From: Eledone cirrhosa
Lineage: Eukaryota
Length of the DNA: 64,000 nt
Assembly (NCBI GenBank): GCA_964016885.1
Contig: OZ024743.1
Coordinates: forward strand, 336,846,001-336,910,000
Direction of reading: 5' to 3'
Positions 24,924 to 41,975 of this stretch are shown one piece after another (position 1 is the stretch's first letter; each line of letters opens with the position of its first letter). The notes under the pieces are model-generated. The model did no database searches. It was not told the DNA's origin and saw nothing but the letters and a program-made list of their open reading frames with translations. The translations under genes were made by a program, and so were the position numbers.

Positions 24924-27900
24924 GGGCGGCTAGTGAACTCTGGGAAAATCGACCGAACCGCCATCTTTTCGTATACGACCTGAGGTCGAACAAATTTTTC
25001 CTTGTCGATACTGGCGCGTCGCTGAGTATTTGGCCAGTCAGTTATCTAAAAAAAAAACATCTGAATCAAATATAAATTTACGAGCAGTCAACCACACGGC
25101 CATTCTAACGTACGGGCAAATTTCGCTTCCTCTTCGGTTAAAAAATTTGCGTCGTGAATTGAAGTGGAAGTTTACTATCGCCGACTTGCACTACGCCATT
25201 TTGGGAGTGGATTTTCTCCACCATTTTTCCTTGTCGATTGACATCCCCAGACAACGACTTTTTGATGCTAATACAGGCCTATCGTTCGAGGGTACAAAGC
25301 CGGAGATCGCCACAGTAAGCCTTGCTTTTTTCTTTGCTGAAGTGGGCAACCAGTATCACAGTTTGTTAAAATCATTCCCACAGCTGACGCAAGGAAGATT
25401 ACGAATTGCTAGTCCGGATCATGTGATTGAACACTTTATATCCACTACAGGTCCACTTGTTTTCTCACGTCCTCGAAGATTATCTGCAGAGAAGTTGAAA
25501 GCTGCACGGTCTGAATTCGACCACATGCTGGAATTAGGAATAATTCGGCGTTCCACAAGTCCTTGGGCATCGCCTCTACATATGGTACTTAAATCTTCTG
25601 GTGATTGGAGACCGACGGGTGACTACCGACGCTTAAACGCGATTACTGTGCCTGACCGTTATCCAATCCCGCATTTGCAGGATTTCGCTTCTTCATTACA
25701 AGGTTGCACAATTTTTTCTAAGCTCGATTTGATTCGTGCTTATAATCAGATTCCGGTTAAAAAGGAGGATATTCCGAAGACTGCTATTGCCACTCCTTTG
25801 GGATCTTTCGAGTTCCTTACTATGCCTTTCGGGCTAAGAAATGCAGCTAGTACCTTCCAACGATTTATGGATGATGTTACTCGTGGCCTGGATTTTGTGT
25901 ACACATATATCGATGATGTGTTGATTGCTAGTTCTTCTCCTGAGCAGCATTCAAAGCATCTGGATCTCGTATTTCGTCGTTTACAGAGATATAAGGTTCG
26001 TATTAATGCTTCCAAGTGTGTTTTCGGCTCGACTTCACTAACATTTTTAGGCCATCTGATTGACGCCGATGGTATTCGACCTCTTCCTGAGAAGGTTAAG
26101 GCAGTATCGGATTTGCCTCCGCCAAGTTCACTGCGACAATTGCGTCAATTCTTAGGCCTTGTAAATTTTTATGAGCGATTCGTACCTAATTGTTCCAACT
26201 TGCTGTTCTCGTTGACAGAAATTTTTAAAAATTGCCGGCGTAAGATTATGGACATTTCCTTAAATAAAACGCAGCTTGAGGATTTTAAAAAAGTGAAAAA
26301 GGCGTTAGCGAGCGCGTCTTTGCTCGCCCACCCAGTACCCAACGCCGAGCTATCGCTCTGTGTTGATGCGTCGGATACCGCCGTGGGCGCAGTCTTGCAA
26401 CAGAAGTGCGATGGTTTACAACAACCACTGGAATTTTTTTCGAGAAAGCTAAAGCCTGCCGAAAATCGTTATAGTACTTTCGGGCGTGAGCTTTTAGCAA
26501 TTTATTTATCTGTGAAACATTTCTCCCATGTTCTGGACGGGAGAGCGTTCACTATTTTCACAGATCACAAACCGTTGATTTTCGCTTTAAGATCAAAATC
26601 TGACAAATATTCGCCTAGGGAATCTAGACATCTGGATTTTGTTTCCCAATACACCAATGATATTCAACATATTCCGGGTGCTTTGAACACTGCGGCAGAC
26701 GGCTTGTCTCGTCTCCAGATAGCTTCTTCGATCTCGTCGTCTAACGATATAGATTTGCGTCAAATGGCCATTGACCAACCCTCGCTTGAATCATTGGATT
26801 GCACATCGCCGGAGTTCATTAACTGCAATATGAAATACCTTCCTTTATCAACCGCTGACGGACAGATACTTTGTGATATCTCGTTGGCCTCACCACGACC
26901 TCTCGTCCCAGTTGGTCATCGACGAACTGTATTTCTCGCTTTGCATGGCATTTCTCACCTAGGAGCTACAGCCTCGGTAAAACTCATAACAGCCAGATTT
27001 TTCTGGCCTGATATGAGACGTGACATTGCTGCTTGGTGCCGTTCCTGTGTCGCTTGCCAAAAGTCAAAAGTTTATAAGCACGTTAAAACTCCTCTCGGAA
27101 CTTTCACCTGTCCTGATGCCAGATTTCGTCACATTCATGTGGACATCGTCGGCCCGTGGCCGATTAGTCGTGGTTATTCGTATATTTTGACGATCGTTGA
27201 CCGTTTTTCGCGTTGGCCTGAAGCCATCCCTATGACATATATCACTGCTGAAACGACAGCGCGTACTCTCGTATCTGCATGGATCGCTTGTTTTGGAGTA
27301 CCAACCACAATAACAACAGACCGCGGTCGTCAATTTGAATCGAACCTCTTCCGTGAATTAACACAAATTATTGGCGCCACTCGCATAAGAACCACGGCAT
27401 ATCATCCAGCATCAAACGGAATGGTGGAAAGATTTAACAGACAGCTTAAAGCCTCTTTAAGGGCTTCAATAGACTCTTCACGTTGGAGTGAGTACCTACC
27501 TATTGTGTTGTTAGGTATTCGGTCGACAATAAAGGTGGACCTTGGGTTCTCCCCGGCCGAATTGATTTATGGTACTCCTCTTGCGTTACCGGGGCAAATG
27601 CTTGCTCCTGTTGATCTTGCTTCGCAGGATCCCGCTTCCTACGTGTCCCGGCTTCATTCTTACTTCCAGGATTTACCACCGATGGACACTAGGAAGCAAA
27701 CTTTAAAAACTGCCGTCCCAAGGGATATTGCCTTGTGGACACATGTGTTCGTTAGAGACGACGCTGTGAGACCCCCTCTCACACAGCCGTACTCTGGACC
27801 CTATCGTGTGCTTGCTCGTACAGAGAAACATTTCACAGTGGACATTAGGGGGTCCAGGGAAACTATTTCCGTTGATCGCCTCAAACGAGCCAATCTGGAC

Positions 27901-27975
27901 ACTGACACAGTGACACTTGAACCACAAATGCCCCCTTCTTTTTCTTCGCCCCCCCCCAACCACCACCACCACTAA
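24902..27975 (+). CDS. pol: Pol (protease, RT, RNase H, integrase) with one frameshift near the A-run at ~25048-25058
   Basis: FLVDTGAS lies in the -1 frame to gag. The 981-aa ORF has YIDD, VDASD/TDHKPL, HHCC and HVDIVGP...TTDRG...NGMVER. Confidence 0.92.
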
Positions 27976-28513
27976 CATACAGAAATACGACCCATTCAGG
28001 TCGAAGGGTGCATTGGCCCCGTAAGCTATGCAGTACTATAAACTTCTGAATTGTATTCTTTTTTCTTGCAGTTATTTTTACTGCATATTGAATTTGTTGT
28101 TGCATTTTGTACCCTGACTGCCTTTGGTATTTTTAAGGCATATTATAATTGTTCATTGCATTTTGTAACCTTACTGCCTATGGCATTTTCAATGCCTATC
28201 GTTTTTTTTTATCGCATTTGGGACCCTTACTGCGAATGGTATTTTTAATGCATTTTGCATTTATTGCTGCATGTGTATAATTATTGCATTTGTTGTATAT
28301 TTTTTTTGTGTAATGCTTGCATGCATTAACCTATTTCACCTCTATATTGTTCGTTTTTAAACCGGTTTCAACAACTTGTAAAGAGTACCTTGTAAGGCTT
28401 TGGCTTCATTGTTATATACTACAGGAATTTTTCTTGCACCAATTTACAACTTCTAGTTCCTCCATGCTATCGTTTGTTTTACGATTTTTATTAAAAATCT
28501 GGTCGGAGGTGAT

Positions 28514-28933
28514 TGTAGTAACTATGGCGACAGTGTGTTGACTATAGCAACGCAGTGTCGCCACCTGTGGGTAACACAAAAAAATAGCGAATTACTTCTC
28601 GGCGTTCTCTAAAAGAAGAGACGCCAATGCAAAACTCAAGAGATTTGGTTTTCAATTCCAGTCGTCTTTGTCCTGCCACTTGGACGTACTTTGTAAAAAC
28701 GCTTGTTTTTGACCAAGAGATTTTCATATCTCTTCTTGAATGTAAGAATTAAGCCATTGCCGTTTAGCTTGCAGGGTATGTCCTATGAATGTAATTATTA
28801 TGTCATGTTTTATTAAATGAATCATTTAATAAAAGATTAGCCTTGTTATCGTTAAAGCCCTTCTGTTTTAATTAATACTCTTAGAGAGATGAGATGTCGT
28901 ACACACACCTGGACGATATATCATTTTTCTTTA
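28514..28933 (+). repeat. 3' LTR
   Basis: Direct repeat of the 5' LTR, preceded by a degenerate purine tract and followed by TSD GAGG. Confidence 0.95.
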
Positions 28934-29059
28934 GAGGGATCGGAGTTCCACTTCAAACAAGGACAACACTTTACAGTTAAATACAATTTCACATGCGCAT
29001 CAGAAAACCTGATTAATGTGTTGACGTGCTCAGGTTGACGTGCTCATATACAGTCTTTC

Positions 29060-31975
29060 TCCATTTATTACGATCAGCAGCTACGTTTTCCCATTTATCA
29101 GCAGAGATGTTAGCGTTTTTCAAAGAGGCTTTCAAGGAATCCTTATACCTCTTTTTTTTGTTTATGTGGGGGTCGTTTTCCTTTAACTAACTCTCCATAA
29201 AAGAGTTGTTTCAGTATTCTAGAATCCTTCATCCTGGCAAGGTGACCACTCTATCGGAGTCTTTGCTTAAGCACAAGAGCTTCTATCACACACAGAACTT
29301 TCCAAAATCTCGACATCACTGATGTGGTCCCTCCAGTGAACGCCATGGATCCGTCTGAGACACATCTGATGGAAATGCTCCAATTTTTTAAGGTGGTGTC
29401 GATATGTGACCCAGGTCTCGCAGACATAAAGAAGAGAAGAGAGCACACATGCCTTGTACACCTTTACATTAGTCTTCTTGCATATGTCTCGCCGACCCCA
29501 GAGTCGCCTTTCTAGCTTTCCGAAAGCATCACTGCTTTCCTAATTCTGAGTGTAATTTCATTATCAAGATTGCTGTATCGATTGACAGTGCTTCCCAGGT
29601 AGACAAACTGATCAACGATTCCAAGTCGTTTACCATACACATAGATATTTGGTTCACTGTACTATTTACCGGGGGCAGGTTGGTTCATGAAGACAGTTTT
29701 CTTGAGACTGACAGTCAATCCTAGGGCAGTGCAAGCATCAGAAAATGCATTCAAAATGTGCTGCATATCACTCTCTGTGTGCGCTACAAGATCGCAATCA
29801 TCTGCATACAAGAGGTCCCTTATGATTGAGGTAAATACTTTTGTTTTTACAGCAAAGCGCCTGATGTTAAATATGCTGCCTGAGGTTCGATATTAGATGT
29901 AAACACCATGCTCGCAATTCCTGAATGCAATACAGAAAACCATTGCAAAGTATATGGGAAACAGTCGGTGTTGGAATATCCCCCTGTTTCACTCCATTTT
30001 TTACTGAGATAGACTCCGACATGTTACATCCGACATTAACCCAAGCCTTCATATCGCCATGGAAAGGCCTAACCAAAGCAAGGAACTTATTAGGGCAACC
30101 AAGTTTCTGGAGAGCCTTCCACAATGCATCTCTGTTAACAGTATCGAAAGCTTTTGTCAGATCGACAAAAAAAAGATACAGATCCAAACCTTGTTCCATG
30201 CACTTCTCCTGGAACTGTCTAGCAAGATCATATCAGTAGTGCCGCGTTCAGCACGAAAACCAGATTGACTTTCAGGAAGAACGCAATCTGCAATGTGTGT
30301 CAGCAGACGGTCCAGAAGCATCCTCCATAGAATTTTTCGTACGACAGAAAGCAATGATATACCTCTGTAATTTCCACAATCATTCTTGTTAACCTTTCCC
30401 TTGTACAAGACTACCATTATTGCATCGCTCCAGTTCTCAGGTACAGATTCACTAGCCCATATCCTGCCAAGCAAATATTTTTGCATGTATGCCAGCCATA
30501 CCTGGAGACCTGCCACTGTTCAGCTTCGAAATAGCTACTGCAACCTCCACAAGCGTCGGTGGTTCTGTGAGAGCTACTTTCACAGGTTTTTTAGGAACGC
30601 GATTGAGGAAATCTCTATTGACGACAGACGGCTGATTCAAAAGTTCATCAAAGTGCTCTCGCCACCTTCGCAGAATTCCTTGTGAGTCACGAAGAAGTTC
30701 CCTGCCATCCTTGCTGCGAAGCGGTATCACCAGAGAAGACGGTCCATAAACTTCACGCAAGAGACTGGACAACAGCTTTGTGTTATTGGAAACTGATGCA
30801 GCTTGTATCTCATCAGCATTCTCACTCTACCATTTATCCTTCATCTGAGAAAGCCTCCGCCTCACACGTGATTTCACATCCTTGAGTTCCTCATGCAACA
30901 TATTCTTCTCCTGTTGTTTTGCTGCCAAGTAGCGTGCCAGATCACGCCTCTTATCAGCCAACAAGTCATCTATATGTTCATCATTTTCATTAAACCAGTC
31001 TTGATGCTTTCTATGCACCAATCCCAGAACACGCCTGTCTACATCATAAACCGACTTTTTAAGGGTAGGCCAATCCTCACCAACATCTGCAACATGCATA
31101 ACATCTCTTCTCGCAATGTGCTCTTCACATTATTATCTATAAGAAGAGCAGCATTCAATCTCCTAGGCTGGGTAACACCAGGAGTCCGGATTTTACGTTT
31201 GGTGATTAGTTTCACTTTTGCGCGTACCAGGAGGTGGTCCGTCCAGCACTCAGCCCCACGAAGAACACGAACACACTACACCTGACAAGGACGTAGTCCA
31301 AAAGAGGCCATTCCTTAGATGCAGGATGCATCCATGAGGTCTTAAATTTGTTCTTTTGCTGGAACATGGTGTTGGTAACACACAGATCCAGCTCCTCACA
31401 CATCTTCAGTAGGAGCATACCATTGTTGTTACACGTTACCACCCCATGCCTTCCGATTACATTCCATGTGTTAAAATCCCTACCCACTCTAGCATTAAAG
31501 TCACCAAGCATGATGACCTTGTCTGCCTGAGGGATATTTCTTAAAACACCTTTCAAGGCATGGTAGAAAGACACTTTTTCTTCATCGACAGAATTCATAG
31601 TGGGAGCATACACACTCACCAGGGTCGCATATTTCCTTTGTCCAGCGGAATTCTCATGGACATAAGACGCTCACTAATCCCCACTGGAAATGTTTCTAGT
31701 TTATCCACAAGAGCAGTCTTAACAGCAAATGCTACCCAGCCTCTCTTCTGGTTCCTTCATCTCTTCCTTTCCAGAAGAATGTATATTCTCCAGAAAATTC
31801 TCTAAGATGACCATCTCCAGCTAACCTCGTCTCGAATAAAGCCACGATGTCAAGATCGTAACGGCGAAGCTCCTTTGCAACATGAGCGGTCCTTCGTTCA
31901 GGACGTTCGGAGGAATCCCTGTCAAGCAGCGTCTGTGCGTTCCAGCAGACAATATTCAATGTTTCGTTTAGTTCT
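29060..31975 (-). mobile_element. RTE/BovB-clade LINE, near full length, heavily frameshifted
   Basis: APE domain (WNAQTLLDR..RPERRT, VYAPT, LGDFNARVG) and RT (NYRGISLLS, PESQSGFR, DLTKAFD, GVKQG, LLYADD). Confidence 0.93.
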
Positions 31976-32563
31976 ATTATAGTGGCACGATGACGGGCGG
32001 GCCTAGGATGTGATACCCTGGGGCCCCTGCCCTTATTTCCAATTATCTCTTTCGTTCCAAGCCCTTATTGTTTTGGAACATGATTGAATTGGAAAAAAAA
32101 AGTAGTAATAATAATAATAACACTATTAATAATTAATTAATGCAATTAATTAGTGCAATGCCTGTGTGTGAAGAATATTTTTAAAGTGAGGAAAGACTGT
32201 GCACTGAGCCAATCCCACTCTCTGAGCGACAGTAGCTATAACCCGAAAAGAAGAAAATATCAACATCATCGGTAACTACTGAGACGCAGGTTTTATGTCG
32301 GAGTCAACCCAGTTTACTGAGATGGCTTCTCCTAGAAGAATGCCCTGACAAAGGGTCCTTCACTCCCAGTGGTTTAACTGCGCGATCGGGTAACCAGCCC
32401 GATTATTTCTATGTCCCCGCGCATGAAAAAAAAGTTTTCTTCTCACTTAGTGACACTCATACATACGATACACACACTCACTCACACATGCACACACACA
32501 AACACTCATGCATACAAACAAACACACACACGCCACTCACTTACACACACACGCCACTCACTT

Positions 32564-32595
<32 letters not shown>

Positions 32596-32724
32596 GTATA
32601 TATATTACCGTCATTACTGATACTAGATGTGTCAACTGTTGATTTTCGAAAGAGTTCGTACAATTGAAGCTGTTCGTGTGTTACTGTTTATATCGTGTGT
32701 ATTATCATAGTTGCTTTACAGCAT

Positions 32725-32865
32725 AGAGTTATGGCCCTCTACGTTTCAAGTTCATATCCCGCCGAGGTCAACCCTGCCTTTCATCTCCACGAGGTCGACA
32801 AAACAAAGCACCAGCAATGCACTGGGACAATTGCTGGCCTTGTGCCAAAAGTAGAAACAATTATT
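32725..32865 (+). mobile_element. tRNA-derived SINE fragment
   Basis: B-box-like GTTCATATCCC followed by a GCCTTTCATC..GGTCGA..ACCAG core. Same family as 44725-45360. Confidence 0.65.
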
Positions 32866-33823
32866 ATAGTTGTTGTTATCTTAAGGCCCAATCGTTGACC
32901 GAATGATGATGGTGATGGTGGTAGTGATGGAGATGGTGATGGTGATGGTGGTGGTGATGGTGATGGTGGTGGCAGTTGATGTTGTTTGGCTTTTTATTTT
33001 TAATCGTTTGACGCCGCAGTTGTTGTAGATGTTGGTGTTGTTTCTCTTGGTGTTGTTGTAGATATTGGTGTTGGTGTTCATTCTGATGTTGTTGTTGCTG
33101 TAGACATTGGTGCCGGTGTTCCGTTGATGTTGTTGTTGTTGTTGTTGTTGTTGTAGATGCTGTAGATGTTGTAGATGTTGAGGTTGAGATTTGGTCGTTT
33201 TGACTGAGTGATATATATATATATACTTACATACATATATATATACACATATAGGGAGCTTATAGATCGAACAACACACGCTGTCTTTTCGTGGGGTAAG
33301 TTTTGATTAATTTTTGTATTCTGAAACATCAAAATACAACAAAAATCTTTGCTCACTCGACTCTGGAAATAACCTGACAGAAGTTATGGAAGTTGCACAA
33401 ATGTTTTCATATATTTTCCCAGTGCAATCGTTATTTACATTTTACATTTTACATTTACTTACATCATAATCAATGTACATATATATGTATGCATTTGTAA
33501 TTTATAAATTAAGTAGCTGCGTTCTTTCTCCAAGAATCCAAGTTCAGTCATACGTTGGTCTGGTCATGTTGGTACATATCCTGCAGCTCAAATAATATTA
33601 GGTATGAAGTTGAACCTGTATTTTAGGTACTAGACCTCTTCCTCACCAATGCTTCGTAAATATCCTCCTCCTCTTGTATTATATCACTATATAGATTTCG
33701 ATGAGGCTGCTGGCTTCTCTATCAGAGCATTTTTTTTATCTGTGTTCCCAAACAAGAACATCAGACAGCCTGTTTAAATATTAACATAACTAATTATTTC
33801 CTTTCACTTCAATATATTTCCAG

Positions 33824-34042
33824 ATGATGGTGCTGATATTTCGGCTATTTTGGAAAAAATGATAGAAAAGATCCAGGCTGATCGAATCGACGAGAATCAT
33901 GGAGCAGATATCGATCCTCAAGATGAACAACTGATCACTGATGATACTGAAAATAGTCAATTACAAACTGTGGAAAAAATGAACTGTTCTTGGAAAGTTA
34001 AACACGCATATTGTTGTGCTCGTCTGTTGTATCTTGGAAAAT
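33824..34042 (+). CDS. Host gene coding exon 2 (acidic spacer, then Cys-containing segment)
   Basis: CTAAT branch point and TTTCCAG| acceptor. Phase 1-1 and open: DDGADISAILEKMIEKIQADRIDENHGADIDPQDEQLITDDTENSQLQTVEKMNCSWKVKHAYCCARLLYLGK. Donor |GTAAGT. Confidence 0.8.
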
Positions 34043-34565
34043 GTAAGTATTATTTGCTATCTTTGCATTTCCAATATATTTTCAAACATCAAAGTTATAT
34101 TGAAGTGTAGGGAAAGAACATTTTAAATATCATTAAAAATAGGAATCATTCTGTGGATATTTGATATGCTAGAAATAGCAACTAACATCTCCATCATATT
34201 AAGGTCTGCTCTCTTGTCATTTAACCAATATATTCCAAACACCAGACAAGTAAAACCAGTGTTAACCACAATCAGTGCGGAGGTGGCTGTAAAGAGCTAG
34301 GATACGGAGATAAGTATGTGTATGAATGTGCTTCTGTGTTTGTGTGTGTGGCTGAGTACATATCATCGAGTGTGTGTGTGTGTGTGCATATATGCATATA
34401 TACACACATACACCCCCCCCCACACACACACACACAGACATATCCAATCCAATTTTGTTTCTATCCATAAGCATATTTTAGTCAATTTTCTCATTTATTA
34501 TTTATGCCGATCGACTGTTTTTAGTTACTGTGTTTGGGATTCGAATATTTTGAATATATGTATTG

Positions 34566-34694
<129 letters not shown>

Positions 34695-34823
34695 TGTGTG
34701 TGTTCGTTTGTGTGTGTGTGTTCGTTTGTGTGTGTGTTTCTATGGATAATTAAATAATTGCAATGATTTTAAATGGAATTCAATCAAAAAGTAACTAAAA
34801 TGTGTGTATGTATGTATATATAT

Positions 34824-37834
<3,011 letters not shown>

Positions 37835-38057
37835 CGGGTAAAATACCCGAGATCCATAGACGACTTCTCTCCAGCGGTATCTCATCATCACTGCCATGTC
37901 CTGCGTCTCTAAGTGACCTGTGTCTGTCCTTAGGGCATCAACATATGTCATCCTCGGTCTCCCTCTTCTAGTGTGCCTGTGCAGTGGCTGCCACAGGGGC
38001 ACTGAGTGCAGTGTCAACTCTGAATGTCGGTGTGCATATATATATATATATATATAT

Positions 38058-39515
38058 TGTTATACTTTGGGAGGGTCATGTTGCCAATAAAAACACGCTC
38101 TCCTGTTGGTTTTCACTTCAATTTATTATAAGTTTCCGGCTGGTTGGTTCGGTAACCGGAAGGTTGTTTATATATTGTATATATGTGTCTCTCCTTTGTT
38201 CTATCCTACACAATCTTGTTTTTTGTGTGTTGTGTGTTGTTGCTTAGTTTGCGCATGCGTTACATCCAGGTGTGTGTGTATGCCTTTTTATTTAAGAAAA
38301 CAAATCAGACACACACAACTAGAACAAGTAAATAAACATAAATAAATAAATAAAAACAAACACACTCACCCGGATGTAACGCATGTGCAAACTAAGCTTA
38401 CAACACACAATACACACAAAAACAAGATGGTGTAGAAGAGAACAAAGGAGAGACACACAAAAATAAAAATCTAGTCACTGAGGAGGTCACAGAATGTGTG
38501 ACGAAAAAGCTTTGACAATATGTAAAAAAGCTGCCGGTTAACGAACCAACCAGCCAATCAGAAACTTACAATAAATTGAAGTGAAAACCAACAGCTGCGT
38601 GTGTTTTTATTAGCAACATGACCCTCCCAAAGTATAGTTGACCATCTAAATACTACCCCAAAACACAACGAAACTAGCCTAGGCAAGTCCCCCGCCTCAA
38701 CCAAACAATCACCCCCATCCAGGCCGGTAATATGACACGGTTATAGTTTACTGCTAGTCGCTCGTCCAGTGGCAACCAACCGAAACCTAGAGGTGGTGGT
38801 AGTGGTAGTGGTAAAATTTCAATAGGTTTCGATACTACCCTTAAATTATGCTTGGACAATAGAATTGACCATCACCGGCTAAGAGAATATAAACTTAATT
38901 CTAGGGTCTAGATATCATGGTTTCACAGTGGAAATTAAGATTGAAAATTAGAAATTAAATGTTAAAATCTTGATTGTAGTAAATAAAAAAATATAATAAA
39001 TAGGAAGATGTGTAAATTATAGTAAGAAGTTTTGAAATGGGGATCAATGTTGGATATTACAGATATATTATCCATATATTGAACAATAGTACCGTACTGT
39101 AGAACGGAAAATTATAGTAAGAAATTTTGAAAAAGGGGATCAATATTGGATATTACAAATATATTATCCATATATTGAACGATAGTACCATACAGTAGAA
39201 CGGAAGATAAATTTAAAGTATGAAACGTAGTAATTAGGCAAACAATTAGTTAATATCTTCTTCTATCATAATTTTCAATGTTAATTTACACATCTTCCTA
39301 TTTATTATATTTTTATTTAGGGGTAGTATCGAAACCCATTGAAACTTATACTCTACCACTAGGTTTTGGTTGGTTGCCACTAGAAGATGGACAAGCAGTA
39401 AACTATAACCGTGTCATATTACCGGCCTGGATGAGGGTGATTGTTTGGTTGGGGGGGGGGGACTTGCCTAGGCTAGTTTCGTTGAGTTTTGGAGTAGTGG
39501 CTGGTCAACTTCCTT
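38058..39515. mobile_element. Non-coding nested inverted repeats of a Neptune-like pLTR
   Basis: 38058-38290 mirrors 38355-38636, and 38640-38840 mirrors 39320-39510. Terminus TGTTATACTT(T)GGGAGGGTCAT is shared with 50005. HHR motif at 38474-38516. Confidence 0.7.
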
Positions 39516-39654
39516 CACATTTGTGCCTGCGCACAGCTGTAGAGGTGAATAGGGGCTCACAAGGGAACGGGCGAAGGATTCAAGAAAACGCACTTCGTCC
39601 GTTCCCTTGTTTCAATTTGGATTGCCTCGGGAACGTAACCTTATTATATAAGAA

Positions 39655-39729
39655 GCTGTCTGATGATGTCATGGCACTGGGTACACGGTATCGTGTGGCC
39701 ACTGTCATCATTGAAATATGTATTACAGC
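39655..39729 (+). ncRNA. Type I hammerhead in a solo pLTR-like fragment
   Basis: GCTGT-CTGATGA-TG..ATGGCA...TGTCAT-CATT-GAAA-TATGTA-TT|ACAGC, then AATAAA and (TA)n. Confidence 0.75.
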
Positions 39730-39798
39730 CTTATCAATAAAGGACTTTAACATCTGAAACTACTTCGCATTTTCTTAATATGTATTATATATACATAT

Positions 39799-39831
<33 letters not shown>

Positions 39832-39832
39832 A

Positions 39833-39889
<57 letters not shown>

Positions 39890-40657
39890 GTTATAGTTTG
39901 CTTGAAGCATTGTATATAATATATAATGTTGAAACAGAGAGAAGGCTATACAATGCAAAATGGACTGTAAGATGAGGTAAGGAAAAGTAAAGGTTACTTG
40001 GTAATCTTTGTTTTTGTTTTGTTTTTGTTGTTCTTCTTTTATCTGTCCAGATAAACGAACAACAGCAACAACAACAACAAAATTCCATTTTGCATTGTTT
40101 AGCCTTCTATCTCTTTCAACGATCGATAAAAGGTCTTGGGCGCGCTGCTGATCGCTTTTGATATCCTGTTTTAAGCACCGAAACATCTATGATCTGCGGT
40201 TACAGCTGATGAAGGGTTTCATAGATGTTTCGGTGCTTAAAACAGGACATCAAAAGCGATCAGCAGCGCGCCCAAGACCTTTTATCGATCGTTGAAAGAG
40301 ATAGAAGGCTAAACAATGCAAAATGGAATTTATCGATCCATGAGAGAAAGAAAAGAAAAAAAGGAAAAGTAGTGAGGAGAGAGGAAGAAAGAGAATAAAA
40401 CGAAGTAAACGGACCGAATTGAGGGGGGGGGGGCATAGAGCAATGGAACATGAAAGTGAGTAACCGAGGAAAAATTAGAATAGAATAAGTTACAACGAAC
40501 CGATATTAGATTTAAGTCTTGTGGTGCAATAACTAGGAGCGAGCTAGTTCCGTGCGATCTCAACAAAGTGAGGTTAGAGAGAGAGAGAGACGGAGCACAG
40601 AGGAGTTTTACATGTGTGAAACATGTCGTAAACCATCGAAAACGGGCAGATGGCGAA

Positions 40658-40738
<81 letters not shown>

Positions 40739-40778
40739 AAAGGGGAACAGTGATATATTCTTTTTTTTTAATTTGCAG

Positions 40779-40862
40779 TTTATATTAATCTGATTGAACG
40801 CAACACACACGTACTTGTTTACTTTATTTACGGTGGTCAAAAACTACCTCCCATTGACGTCA
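40779..40862 (+). CDS. Host gene coding exon 3
   Basis: T-rich tract and TTTGCAG| acceptor. 84 bp, phase 1-1, in frame with exon 2: (F)YINLIERNTHVLVYFIYGGQKLPPIDV. Donor |GTGAGT. Confidence 0.7.
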
Positions 40863-41233
40863 GTGAGTATAATTTCTTTATAATCATTAATGCAGCCATG
40901 TTTATATATTTGTTTTGCAAGATTCTTGAAATTATGTGTTGAAATAGATATTGTCATATTCGGGGATGGCCTTGTTGCTAATGAAAAGCACACTCACACT
41001 ACTTGATTTACACTCCAGCTTTTTATTAATTATTAGATTGTCAAAGCACTTTCGTCACATTCTGTGACCTCCTATATGTTTACCCCTGTGCTTCCTATTT
41101 TATTCCGGGTTTATTTTCTTTACTGCATCTTGTCTTTCTGTGATATATTTCCATTTCTGCGCATGCTTTTTCTTCGCGCGTGTGTGTATGTGTGTTTGTC
41201 TTGCGTGCGAGTGTGGTTCTATTTTTCCCTATT

Positions 41234-41266
<33 letters not shown>

Positions 41267-41410
41267 TTTTTTTTTTTCTAAAAAAACGCCAGCACCAACA
41301 GTTTTCCAAGAATTGTCAACATGAATGGACCTGTTATTTTTATCTAAAGACATTTTTTCCAATTCCACCCCGCCCATCCCTTCAATCTATCTTATTTCTC
41401 ATTTATTCTT

Positions 41411-41446
41411 TCTTCTGATGAAGGACTAGCGTCCGAAACGTCAAGA
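41411..41446 (+). ncRNA. Minimal type I hammerhead (PLE pLTR type)
   Basis: TCTT-CTGATGA-AGGAC-tagc-GTCC-GAAAC-GTC|AAGA. Stem III is reduced to the palindrome ACGT. Confidence 0.85.
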
Positions 41447-41554
41447 TCCTCTTCCTGCTATTTCAAGCGTTAACCTAATATATTCCTTCCATATATTGTA
41501 CCGATTGTGTTGTTATTTCTGTTTACCTTTTACATACATACATACATATATATA

Positions 41555-41918
41555 TTGAAACAAAATGAAAACGAAATTTCATTTCTCACTCTTAGTATGG
41601 CACTTACTTAAATGTAAGTATGCATGTATACGTACATACATATATGTATACAGACCTACAATAGCATGCACATATATATATATACATATATACATACATA
41701 TGCATACAGGTACACATACATATATGCACGTATCAGTTTAGCGGCGCTTATTATAACGTCGCTTTGTTCGTTTGTAAACAAACTGAACAGCCTGAATTTA
41801 TGCCATACGGTGTTAAGGCAACCACGTCACCTTTTTGTTCAACACTGACACATATATATATATGTGCATGCTACTGTACGTCTGTATACATATATGTATG
41901 TACGTATACATGCATACT

Positions 41919-41925
<7 letters not shown>
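41555..41925 (-). mobile_element. Family A partial copy (breaks before the HHR) plus inverted fragment
   Basis: Matches the 7733-8100 subfamily. Confidence 0.8.

Positions 41926-41968
<43 letters not shown>

Positions 41969-41975
<7 letters not shown>

Larger units (their letters stand above)
22993..28933 (+). mobile_element. Gypsy/Ty3 LTR retrotransposon, CsRn1 lineage, full length
   Basis: LTRs at 22993-23411 and 28514-28933, 4-bp TSD GAGG, tRNA-Trp PBS, CHCC-type Gag, domain order PR-RT-RH-IN. Confidence 0.95.
22262..29040 (+). mobile_element. Poseidon-type PLE fragment with inverted pLTR (22262-22490), split by the Gypsy element
   Basis: YLPFYSCHPRHTKMSIPYNLAKRICTIVSD. Removing the Gypsy element and one TSD restores CGICINLIE|GSEFHFKQGQHFTVKYNFTCASENLINVLTC. 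Confidence 0.85.

Noticed and set aside
32881-33356. Gln/Asn/Thr-rich ORFs
   Set aside because: They arise from trinucleotide repeats and have no exon signals.
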